From assembly GCA_047519745.1 (NCBI GenBank), contig JAPVSJ010000109.1:6326-70325 (forward strand): a stretch of DNA of 64,000 nucleotides. Direction: 5' to 3'. The stretch is from Actinomycetota bacterium (lineage in GTDB: Bacteria > Actinomycetota > Thermoleophilia > Solirubrobacterales > 70-9). The position numbers were made by a program, and so were the translations under genes. Shown here one piece after another: positions 33,924 to 42,973 of the stretch. Position 1 is the stretch's first letter. The number at the start of each line of letters is the position of its first letter. The notes beneath the pieces are model-generated. The model was not told the DNA's origin and searched no databases. It saw nothing but the letters and a program-made list of their open reading frames with translations.

Positions 33924-35303
33924 ATGCTCTTCCGGCAGATAATCCACGAGGATCTCGGTTGCGCCTCCTACCTGGTCGGCGATTCCGGCGCGGGCGTCGC
34001 CGCGGTTGTCGACCCGCAGTGGGACATCGACCCCTACGTCAACCTCGCCCGCCTGCACGGGGTGCGGATCGAGCATGTGCTGGAGACCCACAACCACGCC
34101 GACCACGTCTCCGGGCACGGCCGCCTCGCCCGCGCCACCGGGGCGACGATCCACGTCAACGCGCTGGCCGGGGCCGAGTACGAGCACGAGGCGTTCGGCG
34201 ACGGCTGGACGCTGGCCCTCGGCGAGGCGGTGACGATCGAGGCGATCCACACGCCCGGGCACCGGCCCGAGCACACCTCCTTCCTGCTGCGCGACGCCGA
34301 GCGCGGCGGCGACCCGGTTGCGGTGCTGAGCGGCGACTCGCTCTTCGTCGGCGACGTCGCCCGCCCCGACCTCGCGGTCGAGCCGCGCGAGGGCGCCGCC
34401 GGCATCTTCCGCTCGCTGCACGAGCGGCTGCTCTCGCTGCCCGACGAGGTCGAGGTCTGGCCCGGGCACCTCGGCGGCTCGCTCTGCGGCAGCTCCGGCA
34501 TCGACCTCAAGACCTCATCGACGATCGGCTTCGAGCGCCGCCACAACCGGGCGTTGGCGCTGACCGACGAGGCCGAGTTCATCGAGGACGCGGTCGCCAG
34601 CATCGGCGAGCGGCCGCCCAACGTCGAGCACATCGTCGCGCTCAACCGCGGCCCCTTGGTCGAGTCGATCGGCTCGCCCGCGTCGCTGACGCCGCGCCGC
34701 TTCGAGGCGGCGATCGCCGCCGGCGCCTTCGCCGTCGACTCGCGCACCAACGAGCAGTTCGACGAGGCCCACATCCCCGGCGCGATCAGCGCCTCGGGCT
34801 ACGACACGGGCTTCGCGACCAAGGTCGCCCAGGTCGTCCCGCCCGACGGCGAGATCGTCGTCGTCGCCGCCTCGGACGGCAACGAGCTCGAGGCGGCGGA
34901 GCTGCTCGCCGCCGTCGGTCTGCGCGTGCGCGGCTTCCTCGGCGGCGGGATGAGCGCCTGGCGGGCGGAGGAGCGGCCGGTCGCGCGGATCGAGCCGATC
35001 GGGCCCGACGATCTCGCAGGGCTGCTCGAGGGCGACGAGCCGCCCCTGGTCCTCGACGTGCGCGGCGCCGGCGAGTACGCCGAAGGGCACATCGCCGGCT
35101 CGCTCCACATCCCCTATGGGGAGCTGGCGCGGCGGCTCGACGAGCTGCCGCGGGATCGGGCTTTGGCGACTATCTGCAAGGGGGGGAAACGGAGCGGGCT
35201 TGCGGCTTCGGTGTTGCAGCGTGAGGGCTTTGAGACGATCCACGTCGCTCGGGGGGGCGTTGGCACGTGGCAGCAGGAAGGCCGCCCGGTCGAAAGTGGA
35301 TGA
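33924..35303 (+). CDS. MBL-fold hydrolase (persulfide dioxygenase-like) fused to two rhodanese domains
   Basis: LETHNHADHVSGH. C-terminal rhodanese active-site loop ICKGGKRSG. Confidence 0.8.
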   Translation: MLFRQIIHEDLGCASYLVGDSGAGVAAVVDPQWDIDPYVNLARLHGVRIEHVLETHNHADHVSGHGRLARATGATIHVNALAGAEYEHEAFGDGWTLALGEAVTIEAIHTPGHRPEHTSFLLRDAERGGDPVAVLSGDSLFVGDVARPDLAVEPREGAAGIFRSLHERLLSLPDEVEVWPGHLGGSLCGSSGIDLKTSSTIGFERRHNRALALTDEAEFIEDAVASIGERPPNVEHIVALNRGPLVESIGSPASLTPRRFEAAIAAGAFAVDSRTNEQFDEAHIPGAISASGYDTGFATKVAQVVPPDGEIVVVAASDGNELEAAELLAAVGLRVRGFLGGGMSAWRAEERPVARIEPIGPDDLAGLLEGDEPPLVLDVRGAGEYAEGHIAGSLHIPYGELARRLDELPRDRALATICKGGKRSGLAASVLQREGFETIHVARGGVGTWQQEGRPVESG

Positions 35304-35304
35304 G

Positions 35305-35377
35305 AGCCCCATCCAGTAGGGCTCGCCAAGGAGACCATCCGGGCAGGGCTCGCTGGGAAGCCCCATCCGGTAGGGCT
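35305..35377. repeat. three tandem 19-nt hairpin units spaced 27 nt apart (35305, 35332, 35359)
   Basis: agccccatccagtagggct / agaccatccgggcagggct / agccccatccggtagggct. The third unit is the left terminal repeat of the MITE-like element. Confidence 0.8.
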
Positions 35378-35471
35378 TTCACTTAACTTGTTTCGGTGGA
35401 TCGCCTGTGGGCTGGCGCCCGGAGCCCACACCGAAAAAGTACAAGACGTTTCAGCCCTACCGGATGGGGCT
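35359..35471. repeat. MITE-like hairpin element, copy A
   Basis: Terminal inverted repeats agccccatccggtagggc / gccctaccggatggggct, with nested internal inverted repeats (tttcggtg/caccgaaa, tgtgggct/agcccaca). Near-identical to the reverse complement of copy B. Confidence 0.8.
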
Positions 35472-36790
35472 TACGCGGGGCGCGTTTGGGGGGACGGCTT
35501 GAGGGCGCTGGCGATTGCCGCCGCGAGGGGCTTAGCCTCGCGAGCTTGCAAGGTGCTGATCGTGACCCGGATGGCTGGGCTGGCTTGTAGGCGGAAGGGG
35601 GCTCCTGGCGCTACCGACCAGCCCTGCTCTCGGAGAGCTTGAATGACTCCGGTCTCGTCGGGGACTGGGATCCATACGTTCAGACCGCTCGAAGCCTCGG
35701 CTTCGATGCCATGCTTTGAGAGCGCTGAGGCGAAAGCTTCGCGGCGCTTACTGTAGGTCGCGGTGGCTTTCTCCAGGTTGCGGGTGGTCTTTGGGTCTGC
35801 CCAGAGCGTGGCCGCGGTGCGCTGGAGTAGGTGGCTTACCCAGCCGGGGCCTACCGCTTGGCGGCCGCGGACTCTGTTGATCGTCTGGGGGTCGCCTGCC
35901 AGGACCGCCAGGCGGAGGTCGGGGCCTAGGGACTTGGCCAGCGAGCGGGCTGCGGCCCAGCGCTTACGGCCCGCGGTCAGGGTCAGCCGGGGGGAGCCGG
36001 CGATCGGTCCGAGGTGGTCGTCCTCCAGGACCATCGCCTCCGGGTGTCGGTCGAGGACGCGCTTCAGCTCCGCGGCGCGCTCCTCGTCGAGCGAGGCGCC
36101 GGTCGGGTTCTGGCCGCGCGGGTTGAGCACGACCGCGTCGACGCCCTCGGCGAGAGCTTCGGCGAGGGCCGCCGGCAGCATGCCCTTGGCGTCGATTGCA
36201 ACCGGGCGAAGCGCGAGTCCCAGCGTGCGCAGCAGATCGAAGAGCCCGGCAAAGCCCGGGTCTTCGACGGCGACCACGTCTCCCTGTCGCAGCTGCGCCT
36301 GCAGGGCACGCTCGATCCCGTCGAGGGCGCCGCTGACCACGGCGAGGTCCCCGGCGGCGATCCCGGCCTCGCCGAGCTCGATCCGGGCCAGCTCGAGCAG
36401 CTGGGGGTCGGCTGGGTCGCCGCCGTAGAGCTGGCGCGGCGGCTCGATCCGGCGCAGGACCGGAGCCAGGTCGGGCAGCAGCGCCGGGTCGGGGTTGCCG
36501 CTGGCCAGGTCGCGGACCCCCGCCGGGGCCCACGCACCCTGCCACGCCCCGGCGACCGGCGGTCGCCAGCTCACCTGGGCGCCGCTGCGCGATCGCGTCA
36601 CGACGAGCCCGCGCGAGCGCAGGTCCTTGAACGCAGCAGCCACGGTCGTCGGGCTGACGCCGAGCTCGCTCGCGAGCGCTCGCACCGCCGGCAGCGGAGC
36701 GCCTGGGCACAACGCGCCCTCCTCTATGCCGCGCTCGATGCTGGCGGCGATCTCTGCGGCGCCGTCGCCGCTGATTCGATACTGTGTCAC
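35471..36790 (-). CDS. MocR/GntR-family PLP-dependent transcriptional regulator (PdxR-like)
   Basis: GntR HTH LPAVRALASELGVSPTTVAAAFKDLRSRGLVV followed by an aminotransferase-fold domain. I prefer the in-frame GTG at 36790 to the track start at 36862, which would overlap the divergent gene. Confidence 0.8.
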   Translation of the reverse strand: MTQYRISGDGAAEIAASIERGIEEGALCPGAPLPAVRALASELGVSPTTVAAAFKDLRSRGLVVTRSRSGAQVSWRPPVAGAWQGAWAPAGVRDLASGNPDPALLPDLAPVLRRIEPPRQLYGGDPADPQLLELARIELGEAGIAAGDLAVVSGALDGIERALQAQLRQGDVVAVEDPGFAGLFDLLRTLGLALRPVAIDAKGMLPAALAEALAEGVDAVVLNPRGQNPTGASLDEERAAELKRVLDRHPEAMVLEDDHLGPIAGSPRLTLTAGRKRWAAARSLAKSLGPDLRLAVLAGDPQTINRVRGRQAVGPGWVSHLLQRTAATLWADPKTTRNLEKATATYSKRREAFASALSKHGIEAEASSGLNVWIPVPDETGVIQALREQGWSVAPGAPFRLQASPAIRVTISTLQAREAKPLAAAIASALKPSPQTRPA

Positions 36791-36833
36791 CTCAAAAGGC
36801 ACATCTGTACTGTAACAGAATTCAGGAGACACG

Positions 36834-37484
36834 ATGGCAACGAAGCCGAGGACCAGGGTCACGAGGATGCCCAGCCGCGCCGACTACGAGCGCGAGACGA
36901 TCGAGGCGATCCTCGACGAGGCGCTCGTCTCCCACGTCGGCACGGTCTCCCCCGAGGGCCATCCGGTCGTCATTCCCACCCTGCACGCCCGGGCCGGAGA
37001 TTGGCTCTACATCCACGGCTCGGCGGCAAGCCCGACCCTGCGCCGCGCCGAGCAGGCCGAGATCTGCCTGACCGCGACCCTGCTCGACGGCCTCGTCCTC
37101 GCCCGCTCGGCCGTCCACCACTCGGTCAACTACCGCTCCGTCGTCGTCTTCGGCCAGGCAGAGAAGATCGACTCGACCGCCGACAAAAGCGAGGCGCTCC
37201 GAGCCTTCACCGAAAAGCTGATCCCGGGCCGCTGGGGCGACGCCCGCCTGCCCACCGAGAAGGAGCTGCGTGCGGTCGGGGTGCTGCGGCTGCCACTGGA
37301 CGAGGCTTCAGCCAAGGTACGAACCGGTGGCCCGCTGGACGACGAGGAGGACTACAAGCTGCCCGTCTGGGCGGGCACCGTCGACCTGCGCATCACCGCC
37401 AGCTCCCCAAAGCCCGACAGCCGCCTCCTACCTGACGTGAAATGTCCCAGCTATGTCACGAAGCTCACCCGCGCCCGGGCTTGA
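36834..37484 (+). CDS. pyridoxamine 5'-phosphate oxidase family (FMN-binding split-barrel) protein
   Basis: YERETIEAILDEALVSHVGTVSPEGHPVVIPTLHARAGDWLYIHGS... Divergent from the MocR regulator, the usual PdxR-type arrangement. Confidence 0.7.
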   Translation: MATKPRTRVTRMPSRADYERETIEAILDEALVSHVGTVSPEGHPVVIPTLHARAGDWLYIHGSAASPTLRRAEQAEICLTATLLDGLVLARSAVHHSVNYRSVVVFGQAEKIDSTADKSEALRAFTEKLIPGRWGDARLPTEKELRAVGVLRLPLDEASAKVRTGGPLDDEEDYKLPVWAGTVDLRITASSPKPDSRLLPDVKCPSYVTKLTRARA

Positions 37485-37598
37485 GAGCCCATCCGGTAGG
37501 GCTGGAACGTCTTGTACTTTTTCGGTGTCGGCTCCGGGCGCCAGCCCACAGGCGATCCACCGAAAGAAGTTAAGTGGAAGCCCTACCGGGTGGGCTCT
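37484..37598. repeat. MITE-like hairpin element, copy B (inverted relative to copy A)
   Basis: agagcccatccggtagggct ... agccctaccgggtgggctct. It exactly fills the gap between two convergent stop codons (37482-37484 and 37598-37600). Confidence 0.8.
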
Positions 37599-38809
37599 CA
37601 ATACCCAGCCGGGTGACGAGCAATAAACCCTTCCGGGGAGTCCACGAGTTCCGGGTGCCAGCGCGGCCCCGGACCACCGACGGTGTCGAAAGCGAGGCCG
37701 GCGATGATCATCCAGGCGTGTTCGGCGTTGGCGTAGACGGTGATCCACTGGCCGGGGCCGGGGTCGCCCCAGGTCTCCAGCCCGGTCGAGTCGAGCGGGC
37801 TGGAGAGGAAGCCGCCGCCGTTGAGGGCGAAGCTGACTGCGCCCGAGCAGTCGTAGCCTTCAGATTCGAAGGAGCCGTGACCGCCGCCCCAGATGTAGGG
37901 GGTGGTGGCGATCGAGTTGGCGGCTTCGATCGCCGCCTGCACCGCGGGTGGCGCCGCGCTCGGCACGCTCGCCTGGCTTTCGGAGATGAATTCGGCGCTC
38001 TCGCCCGGCGTCAGCGGCGCCGGCGTCCCGGTCGAGACCGGCGCACCGGCGCTGGCGAGCTGTTCTGAGATCGCCGAGAGGTTGTCGCTGAGCGCCTGTT
38101 CGCGCGACTCGAGCGATTCGAGCTCCGCCTGGCGCTGCGCCTGGGCTTCCTTCAGGTCGGCAAAGCGTGCCGCCGCTTCGGCCCGCGCATCGGCCGCTTC
38201 GTGCTCCTTGGCGGCGATTTCGTCGCGCGCGGCCTTCAGCTGCAGGCGGATCGCGGCCATCCGCTTGACCGCCGCCTTGGCTTCGTTGCGCAATCCCTTG
38301 ACGCGATCGGCGACCGAGTTGTCGTAGTCCTGAACCCGGCTGAGATATTCGGCGCGGGCGCTGGCCTGCGACCAGGTCTCCGATTCGAGCACGACGCTGA
38401 GCACGTCGGGGCTGCCCGCCTCATACATCGAGACGAGCCTTTGGCGCAGCATGCCGAGGGCTCGCTGCAGGCGGGCGCGGATCAGCGCCAGCCGGTGCTT
38501 CTCGGCCTTCAGCTTGGCGGTGGCGCTGTCCAGTTCGCCCTGCTTTTCTTCGAGTTCCCCCTCGAGCGCCTGCTGTTCCTGGCGCAGCCGCGAGACTTCG
38601 CCGAGCATCGAGTCGATCGCCTTGTTCTGTTCTTCGATCGTCGCCGAGAGCGCGCTCGAGCTTTCGTGGACATGGTCGAGCTTGCCCTGGGTCGAGTCGA
38701 GCTTTTCGCTCAGGGTCTTGGCCGGCGCGCTCGCGACGAGGCAGAGCACGATCAGCAGCAGGGTGGCCGGGAGCAACAGCCACCGGGAGGTACCGGCAGG
38801 AGGACGCAT
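37598..38809 (-). CDS. secreted coiled-coil NlpC/P60 peptidoglycan endopeptidase (RipA/PcsB-like)
   Basis: Signal/TM segment WLLLPATLLLIVLCLVASAPA, a long coiled coil, and C-terminal TTPYIWGGGHGSFESEGYDCSGAVSFAL...H. Confidence 0.8.
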   Translation of the reverse strand: MRPPAGTSRWLLLPATLLLIVLCLVASAPAKTLSEKLDSTQGKLDHVHESSSALSATIEEQNKAIDSMLGEVSRLRQEQQALEGELEEKQGELDSATAKLKAEKHRLALIRARLQRALGMLRQRLVSMYEAGSPDVLSVVLESETWSQASARAEYLSRVQDYDNSVADRVKGLRNEAKAAVKRMAAIRLQLKAARDEIAAKEHEAADARAEAAARFADLKEAQAQRQAELESLESREQALSDNLSAISEQLASAGAPVSTGTPAPLTPGESAEFISESQASVPSAAPPAVQAAIEAANSIATTPYIWGGGHGSFESEGYDCSGAVSFALNGGGFLSSPLDSTGLETWGDPGPGQWITVYANAEHAWMIIAGLAFDTVGGPGPRWHPELVDSPEGFIARHPAGY

Positions 38810-38891
38810 CGGCGGCGCACGCTAACGAAGTCGCCTAAAGATTGTTAGGAGTTGCTCACAACTTGCAACTCCTCTTGCAGAATTGCGGGAC

Positions 38892-38931
38892 TTGCAGGAG
38901 AAACCGCCGCCGCACCGAGGCACGGCGGCGG
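38892..38931 (-). terminator. intrinsic terminator after the PLDc_N/SHOCT gene
   Basis: ccgccgccg-N10-cggcggcgg stem, followed on the minus strand by tttctcc. Confidence 0.5.
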
Positions 38932-38942
38932 TCAGAATCGAG

Positions 38943-39338
38943 CTAGGCGAGCAGCTTCGCCTTGGCCTTGTCGAACTCCTCGTTCGAGAGCGCGCCCTTT
39001 TCCTTCAGCTCGTTGAGCTTGTGCAGTTCGTCCGCGGGCGAGCCACCGTGGGCCTGCTCGCGCACGTAGGTATCGAAATGCTGTTTCGCCTCCGCCTGCG
39101 CCTTGATCGCCCGTTCGCGCATGCCGGCGCCGCGAGCGATCAGGTAGATCAGCGCGGTGAGGAACGGGATGAAGACGAGGAACAGCACCCAGGCGGCCTT
39201 GGCCCAGCCGGAGAGCGCGTGGTCACGGAAGAGGTCGGTGAGGATCGTGATCAGGATCCAGATCCAGATGACGAAGAAGAACACCTCGAAGGCGACGAGG
39301 AGCGCTTCGCCGAAATTGATATCCGCAAACGGCAGCAA
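38943..39338 (-). CDS. PLDc_N / SHOCT domain membrane protein
   Basis: FFFVIWIWILITILTDLFRD...AKAAWVLFLVFIPFLTALIYLIARG and C-terminal ELHKLNELKEKGALSNEEFDKAKAKLL. Confidence 0.8.
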   Translation of the reverse strand: MLPFADINFGEALLVAFEVFFFVIWIWILITILTDLFRDHALSGWAKAAWVLFLVFIPFLTALIYLIARGAGMRERAIKAQAEAKQHFDTYVREQAHGGSPADELHKLNELKEKGALSNEEFDKAKAKLLA

Positions 39339-39415
39339 GGGTGGTTCCTTTCGGTCGGTGATGCGGCAGGCGCCGCAGATCGGGTGTTTCGCACGTTAGA
39401 GCCGACTCCTGCCGT

Positions 39416-40246
39416 CTACATCCGTGAAATCCCGAAAAGGACCGCAGCGACGGCGGTCGCGAGGTTGAGGCTGGAGACGCCCTCGCGCATCGGGATGCCG
39501 AGACGGACATCGGCGCGGCCGAGCAGCTCGTCGCTGAGGCCGTATCGCTCGGTGCCGAAGGCGAGGATCGCGCGCGGCGGCAGATCGGCTGGGTGGAGAT
39601 CCTCACCACCGGGGTCGATCGCGACGAGCGGCCGGTCGCTCGCCGGCAGCTTCTCGACCCCGACCACCGGCAGGGCGAAGTGGAGCCCGGCCGCGCCGCG
39701 CAGCGCGTCGGGATGCCAGGGATCGTTGGGACCGGTGGTCAACACTCCGGCCGCGTCGGCGGCGGCGGCGACCCGCACACAGGCTCCCATGTTGCCCATC
39801 GTGCGCGGGTCCTCGAGCAGGACGATGGGGGCCCGCGCCTGTCCGGCGAGCACCGCGACCAAATCGATCGCCGGTCGAGAGGCGATCGCGACGACGCCGG
39901 TGCGAGGCGCCTGCGGCACAAGCTCGGCGATCAGCTCCGCCGAGACCGGGGAGGCGCGCTCGGCGAGCGTGCTGGCCAGGTCGGGGGCCAGCTCGCCGGC
40001 CAGCTCGCGCAGCTCGGCGGGGTCGGCGGCAACCGCCTCGAGCACCTCGGCGCCGAAGCGCAGCGCGTGCTTGAGGACATGAAACCCCTCGAGCACGGCG
40101 AGCTGCGGATCGCGCCGTGCCGTGCGGTAGCGCCGGATCAGCGCCTGTTCCTCAGCGGTGCTCACCCCGGCATGATGACCCGATCGGGAGAGCGCCGCGG
40201 TCGAGCTGCGGCTTTTCCCCGATGGCCGGACACGCGCACGTCGCAA
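39416..40246 (-). CDS. TrmH/SpoU family RNA 2'-O-methyltransferase (start uncertain)
   Basis: VLLEDPRTMGNMGACVRVAAAADAAGV..., AILAFGTERYGLSDELL..., IPMREGVSSLNLATAVAAVLF. Confidence 0.85.
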   Translation of the reverse strand: MRRARVRPSGKSRSSTAALSRSGHHAGVSTAEEQALIRRYRTARRDPQLAVLEGFHVLKHALRFGAEVLEAVAADPAELRELAGELAPDLASTLAERASPVSAELIAELVPQAPRTGVVAIASRPAIDLVAVLAGQARAPIVLLEDPRTMGNMGACVRVAAAADAAGVLTTGPNDPWHPDALRGAAGLHFALPVVGVEKLPASDRPLVAIDPGGEDLHPADLPPRAILAFGTERYGLSDELLGRADVRLGIPMREGVSSLNLATAVAAVLFGISRM

Positions 40247-40295
40247 TGATCAGACGAGTGGAACTGCTGGTCGGTTACGACGGAAGCGAGGGTGC

Positions 40296-41369
40296 GTGAT
40301 GGAGACGATGAAGGCCGCCGTGTTCGAGGGCCACGAGAAGATCCAGCTGGAGGAGAAGCCGCTGCCGCAGTGCGGCCCCAGCGACGCGATCGTGAAGATC
40401 TCGCTGACGACGATCTGCGGCACCGACGTCCACATCTGGCGCGAGGAGTACCCGGTCGAGCAGGGACGCATCGTCGGCCACGAGCCGGTCGGCACGATCC
40501 ACCAGCTCGGCGGCGCCGTGACCGGCTATGAGGTCGGCGAGCGGGTGCTGGTCGGCGCGATCACCCCCTGCGGCACCTGCTTCTACTGCCAGTCCCACAA
40601 CGAGGCCCAGTGCTCGGGCTACGAGGACGACTGGAAGATGATCGGCGGCTGGCAGCTCGGCAACTCGATCGACGGCGTCCAGGCCGAGTACTTCCGCGTC
40701 CCCTACGCACAGGCCAATCTGGCCAAGATCCCCGACGACCTCACCGACGAGCAGTGCGTGCTGCTCGCCGACATCGCCTCGACGGGCATCTCGGCGGCGG
40801 AGACCGCCAACGTGCGGATCGGCCAGACCGTCGCCGTCTTCGCCCAGGGGCCGATCGGCCTCTGCGCGACCGCCGGGGCGCGGCTGATGGGCGCCTCGCT
40901 GGTGATCGGCGTCGACCGGATCGCGGGGCGGCTGGAACTGAGCAAGAAGATGGGCGCCGACGAGACGATCGACTTCTCCGAAGAAGACCCGATCGCGGCG
41001 ATCAAGCGGCTGACCGGCGGCCGCGGCGTCGATGTCGCGATCGAGGCGCTGGGCACCCAGCAGACCTTCGAAGCCTGCCTCGACGCGACCCGGCCGGGCG
41101 GGATCGTCTCCAGCCTCGGCGTCTACGGCGGCAAGCTCGAGGTGCCGCTGGAGTCCTTCGTCTACGGCATCGGCGACAAGCAGATCCTCACCACCCTCTG
41201 CCCCGGTGGCAAGGAGCGGATGCGCAAGCTGATGGAGATGGTGCGCCACGGCCGCCTCGACCTCTCCCCCCTGATAACCCACCGCTTCTCGCTTGACCAG
41301 ATCGAGGAGGCCTACGACCTCTTCGGCAACCAGCGCGAAGGCGTGGTCAAGGTCGGCCTGACGCCATAG
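40296..41369 (+). CDS. zinc-dependent alcohol dehydrogenase (MDR family)
   Basis: CGTDVHIWREEYP...GHEPVG..., CGTCFYCQ and VFAQGPIGL (Rossmann fold). Confidence 0.9.
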   Translation: MMETMKAAVFEGHEKIQLEEKPLPQCGPSDAIVKISLTTICGTDVHIWREEYPVEQGRIVGHEPVGTIHQLGGAVTGYEVGERVLVGAITPCGTCFYCQSHNEAQCSGYEDDWKMIGGWQLGNSIDGVQAEYFRVPYAQANLAKIPDDLTDEQCVLLADIASTGISAAETANVRIGQTVAVFAQGPIGLCATAGARLMGASLVIGVDRIAGRLELSKKMGADETIDFSEEDPIAAIKRLTGGRGVDVAIEALGTQQTFEACLDATRPGGIVSSLGVYGGKLEVPLESFVYGIGDKQILTTLCPGGKERMRKLMEMVRHGRLDLSPLITHRFSLDQIEEAYDLFGNQREGVVKVGLTP

Positions 41370-41538
41370 ATGTCTCTTCGGTGCCGAGTGGTCGATTGGC
41401 CCACGCATACGATGGTAAATCGACCAGTCAGGCACCCCGCCGACGCGAAGGGCGAGCCCGACAGCCGCATCCACCTCGCCCCGCGGGCTCAACGACAGAC
41501 TCGGCCGTGCAAGCCGCGCCCTAGTCGACCACCTCGGG

Positions 41539-41907
41539 TCAAGATCCGCCCGCCGTGCGCCTCTCTCTGCGCATCGCATGCAGCTCGTCGTAAGCGAGTG
41601 ACAGGGCCTCGTCCTCGTCAGCTGGCCTCAGGGCAGGCCGTCCATCACCCTTGCGCTCGCGGTGCTTGCAGCCCGGCCAGCAACAGGGGCGGCGCTGGCC
41701 TGCCTCGAGCTCTTCGCTGGTGCGGCGAATGCGCCGTTCCCGGGTGGTCTGTTGTTTGGCATTCTCGACCCAGCAGATGAACTCGTTGCGGGCAAGGGGC
41801 GTGATGTCCCGCCAGGCGTCGAGTGCCTCGGCGCTCGCGATCAGCGCCCTGCGCAGATCCGCGGGCAGTCGATGCACAACCCCACCGGACAATCTCGGTC
41901 CGCTCAT
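41539..41907 (-). CDS. YdeI/OmpD-associated family protein
   Basis: LDAWRDITPLARNEFICWVENAKQQTTRERRIRRTSEELEAGQRRPCCWPGCKHR. Confidence 0.75.
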   Translation of the reverse strand: MSGPRLSGGVVHRLPADLRRALIASAEALDAWRDITPLARNEFICWVENAKQQTTRERRIRRTSEELEAGQRRPCCWPGCKHRERKGDGRPALRPADEDEALSLAYDELHAMRRERRTAGGS

Positions 41908-41924
41908 AGGGCCATGGTAGGAGC

Positions 41925-42941
41925 TCAGAGCTGCCAGTAGCGGCCGAGGTGGGAGGCGGCGCGGGAGGTGAAGATCGGGTCCGGGGCAACGGACTCCGCC
42001 TCCCCCTCGCCGCCCAGCGCCCGCATCGTCTCCTCGACCGACTCGGCGAGGGCCGCGGGGGCGTAACCGCCCTCCAGCACTGCGCCTAGGGGAACCCGAA
42101 GCGACCGGGCCAGCTCGCGCACGTGACAGGCCATGCGGCCGAAGGAGGCCGATTCGAGCCGGCAGCCGGCGAGCGGGTCGTCGACGTGGGCGTCGAAGCC
42201 GGCCGAGACGAGGATCAGCTGCGGCTCGAAGACGGTCGCGATTGGGACTATCGCGTGCTCCAGCAGCGAGAGCCAGAGGTCCTCTTCGGAGCCGGCCGGC
42301 ACCGGCAGGTTGATCGTGTAGCCCTCGCCGGGCCCGGAGCCGACGTCGGCGATCGAGCCGCTCCCCGGGTAGATCCCCTGCTGGTGGATGCCGGCGACGA
42401 GGACGTCGCGGCGCTGCCGGAAGGCCTCGACCGTGCCGTTGCCGTGGTGCACGTCCCAGTCGAGGATCAACACGCGCTCGAGTCCGAGCTCCTCGATCGC
42501 CAGCGCCGCCGCGACCGCGACGTTGTCGAAGAGGCAGAAGCCCATCGCCCGATCGGGCTCGGCATGGTGGCCGGAGGGCCGCACCGCGCAGAACCCGACT
42601 TCGGCGTCGCCGGCAAGCAGGGCTCCGGTCATCTCACAGGCGCCACCGGCCGCGTGCAGCGCGGCGCGGAAGGAAGCCTCGCCGACGACGGTGTCGGGAT
42701 CGATCGCGCCGCCGCCGGCGGCGCTGAGGTCGCGGATCGACTCGACCAGGCGAGGCGTGTGGACCAGTTCCAACTGCGCCTCAGTGGCGGCGGGCGCCTC
42801 GCGCTGCTCCCAGCCGAGCCAATCGACCGCCTCCAGCCGCGCCTCGAGCGCCTGCAGGCGCTCGGGCGTGTCGGGGTGCGCCGGCATCCGCACGCGCGGG
42901 TCGTGCTCGAGGCAGGCGGGGTGGCTGAGATACAGGCCCAT
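41925..42941 (-). CDS. histone deacetylase-family (AcuC/Hda-like) deacetylase
   Basis: Start moved to the ATG at 42939-42941 (MGLYLSHPACLEHD...). RPSGHHAEPDRAMGFCLFDNVAVAA and ILDWDVHHGNGT. Confidence 0.85.
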   Translation of the reverse strand: MGLYLSHPACLEHDPRVRMPAHPDTPERLQALEARLEAVDWLGWEQREAPAATEAQLELVHTPRLVESIRDLSAAGGGAIDPDTVVGEASFRAALHAAGGACEMTGALLAGDAEVGFCAVRPSGHHAEPDRAMGFCLFDNVAVAAALAIEELGLERVLILDWDVHHGNGTVEAFRQRRDVLVAGIHQQGIYPGSGSIADVGSGPGEGYTINLPVPAGSEEDLWLSLLEHAIVPIATVFEPQLILVSAGFDAHVDDPLAGCRLESASFGRMACHVRELARSLRVPLGAVLEGGYAPAALAESVEETMRALGGEGEAESVAPDPIFTSRAASHLGRYWQL

Positions 42942-42973
42942 CGCGCCGACTGTAGAGGGCCTACCATCGGGGC

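Noticed and set aside
35388-35642. Apparent conserved peptide FRWIACGLAPGA.TEKVQDV.ALPDG encoded at both 35388-35642(+) and 37428-37748(-)
   Set aside because: The similarity is confined to the MITE-like DNA repeat and is explained by it. The ORFs otherwise run through intergenic or antisense sequence.
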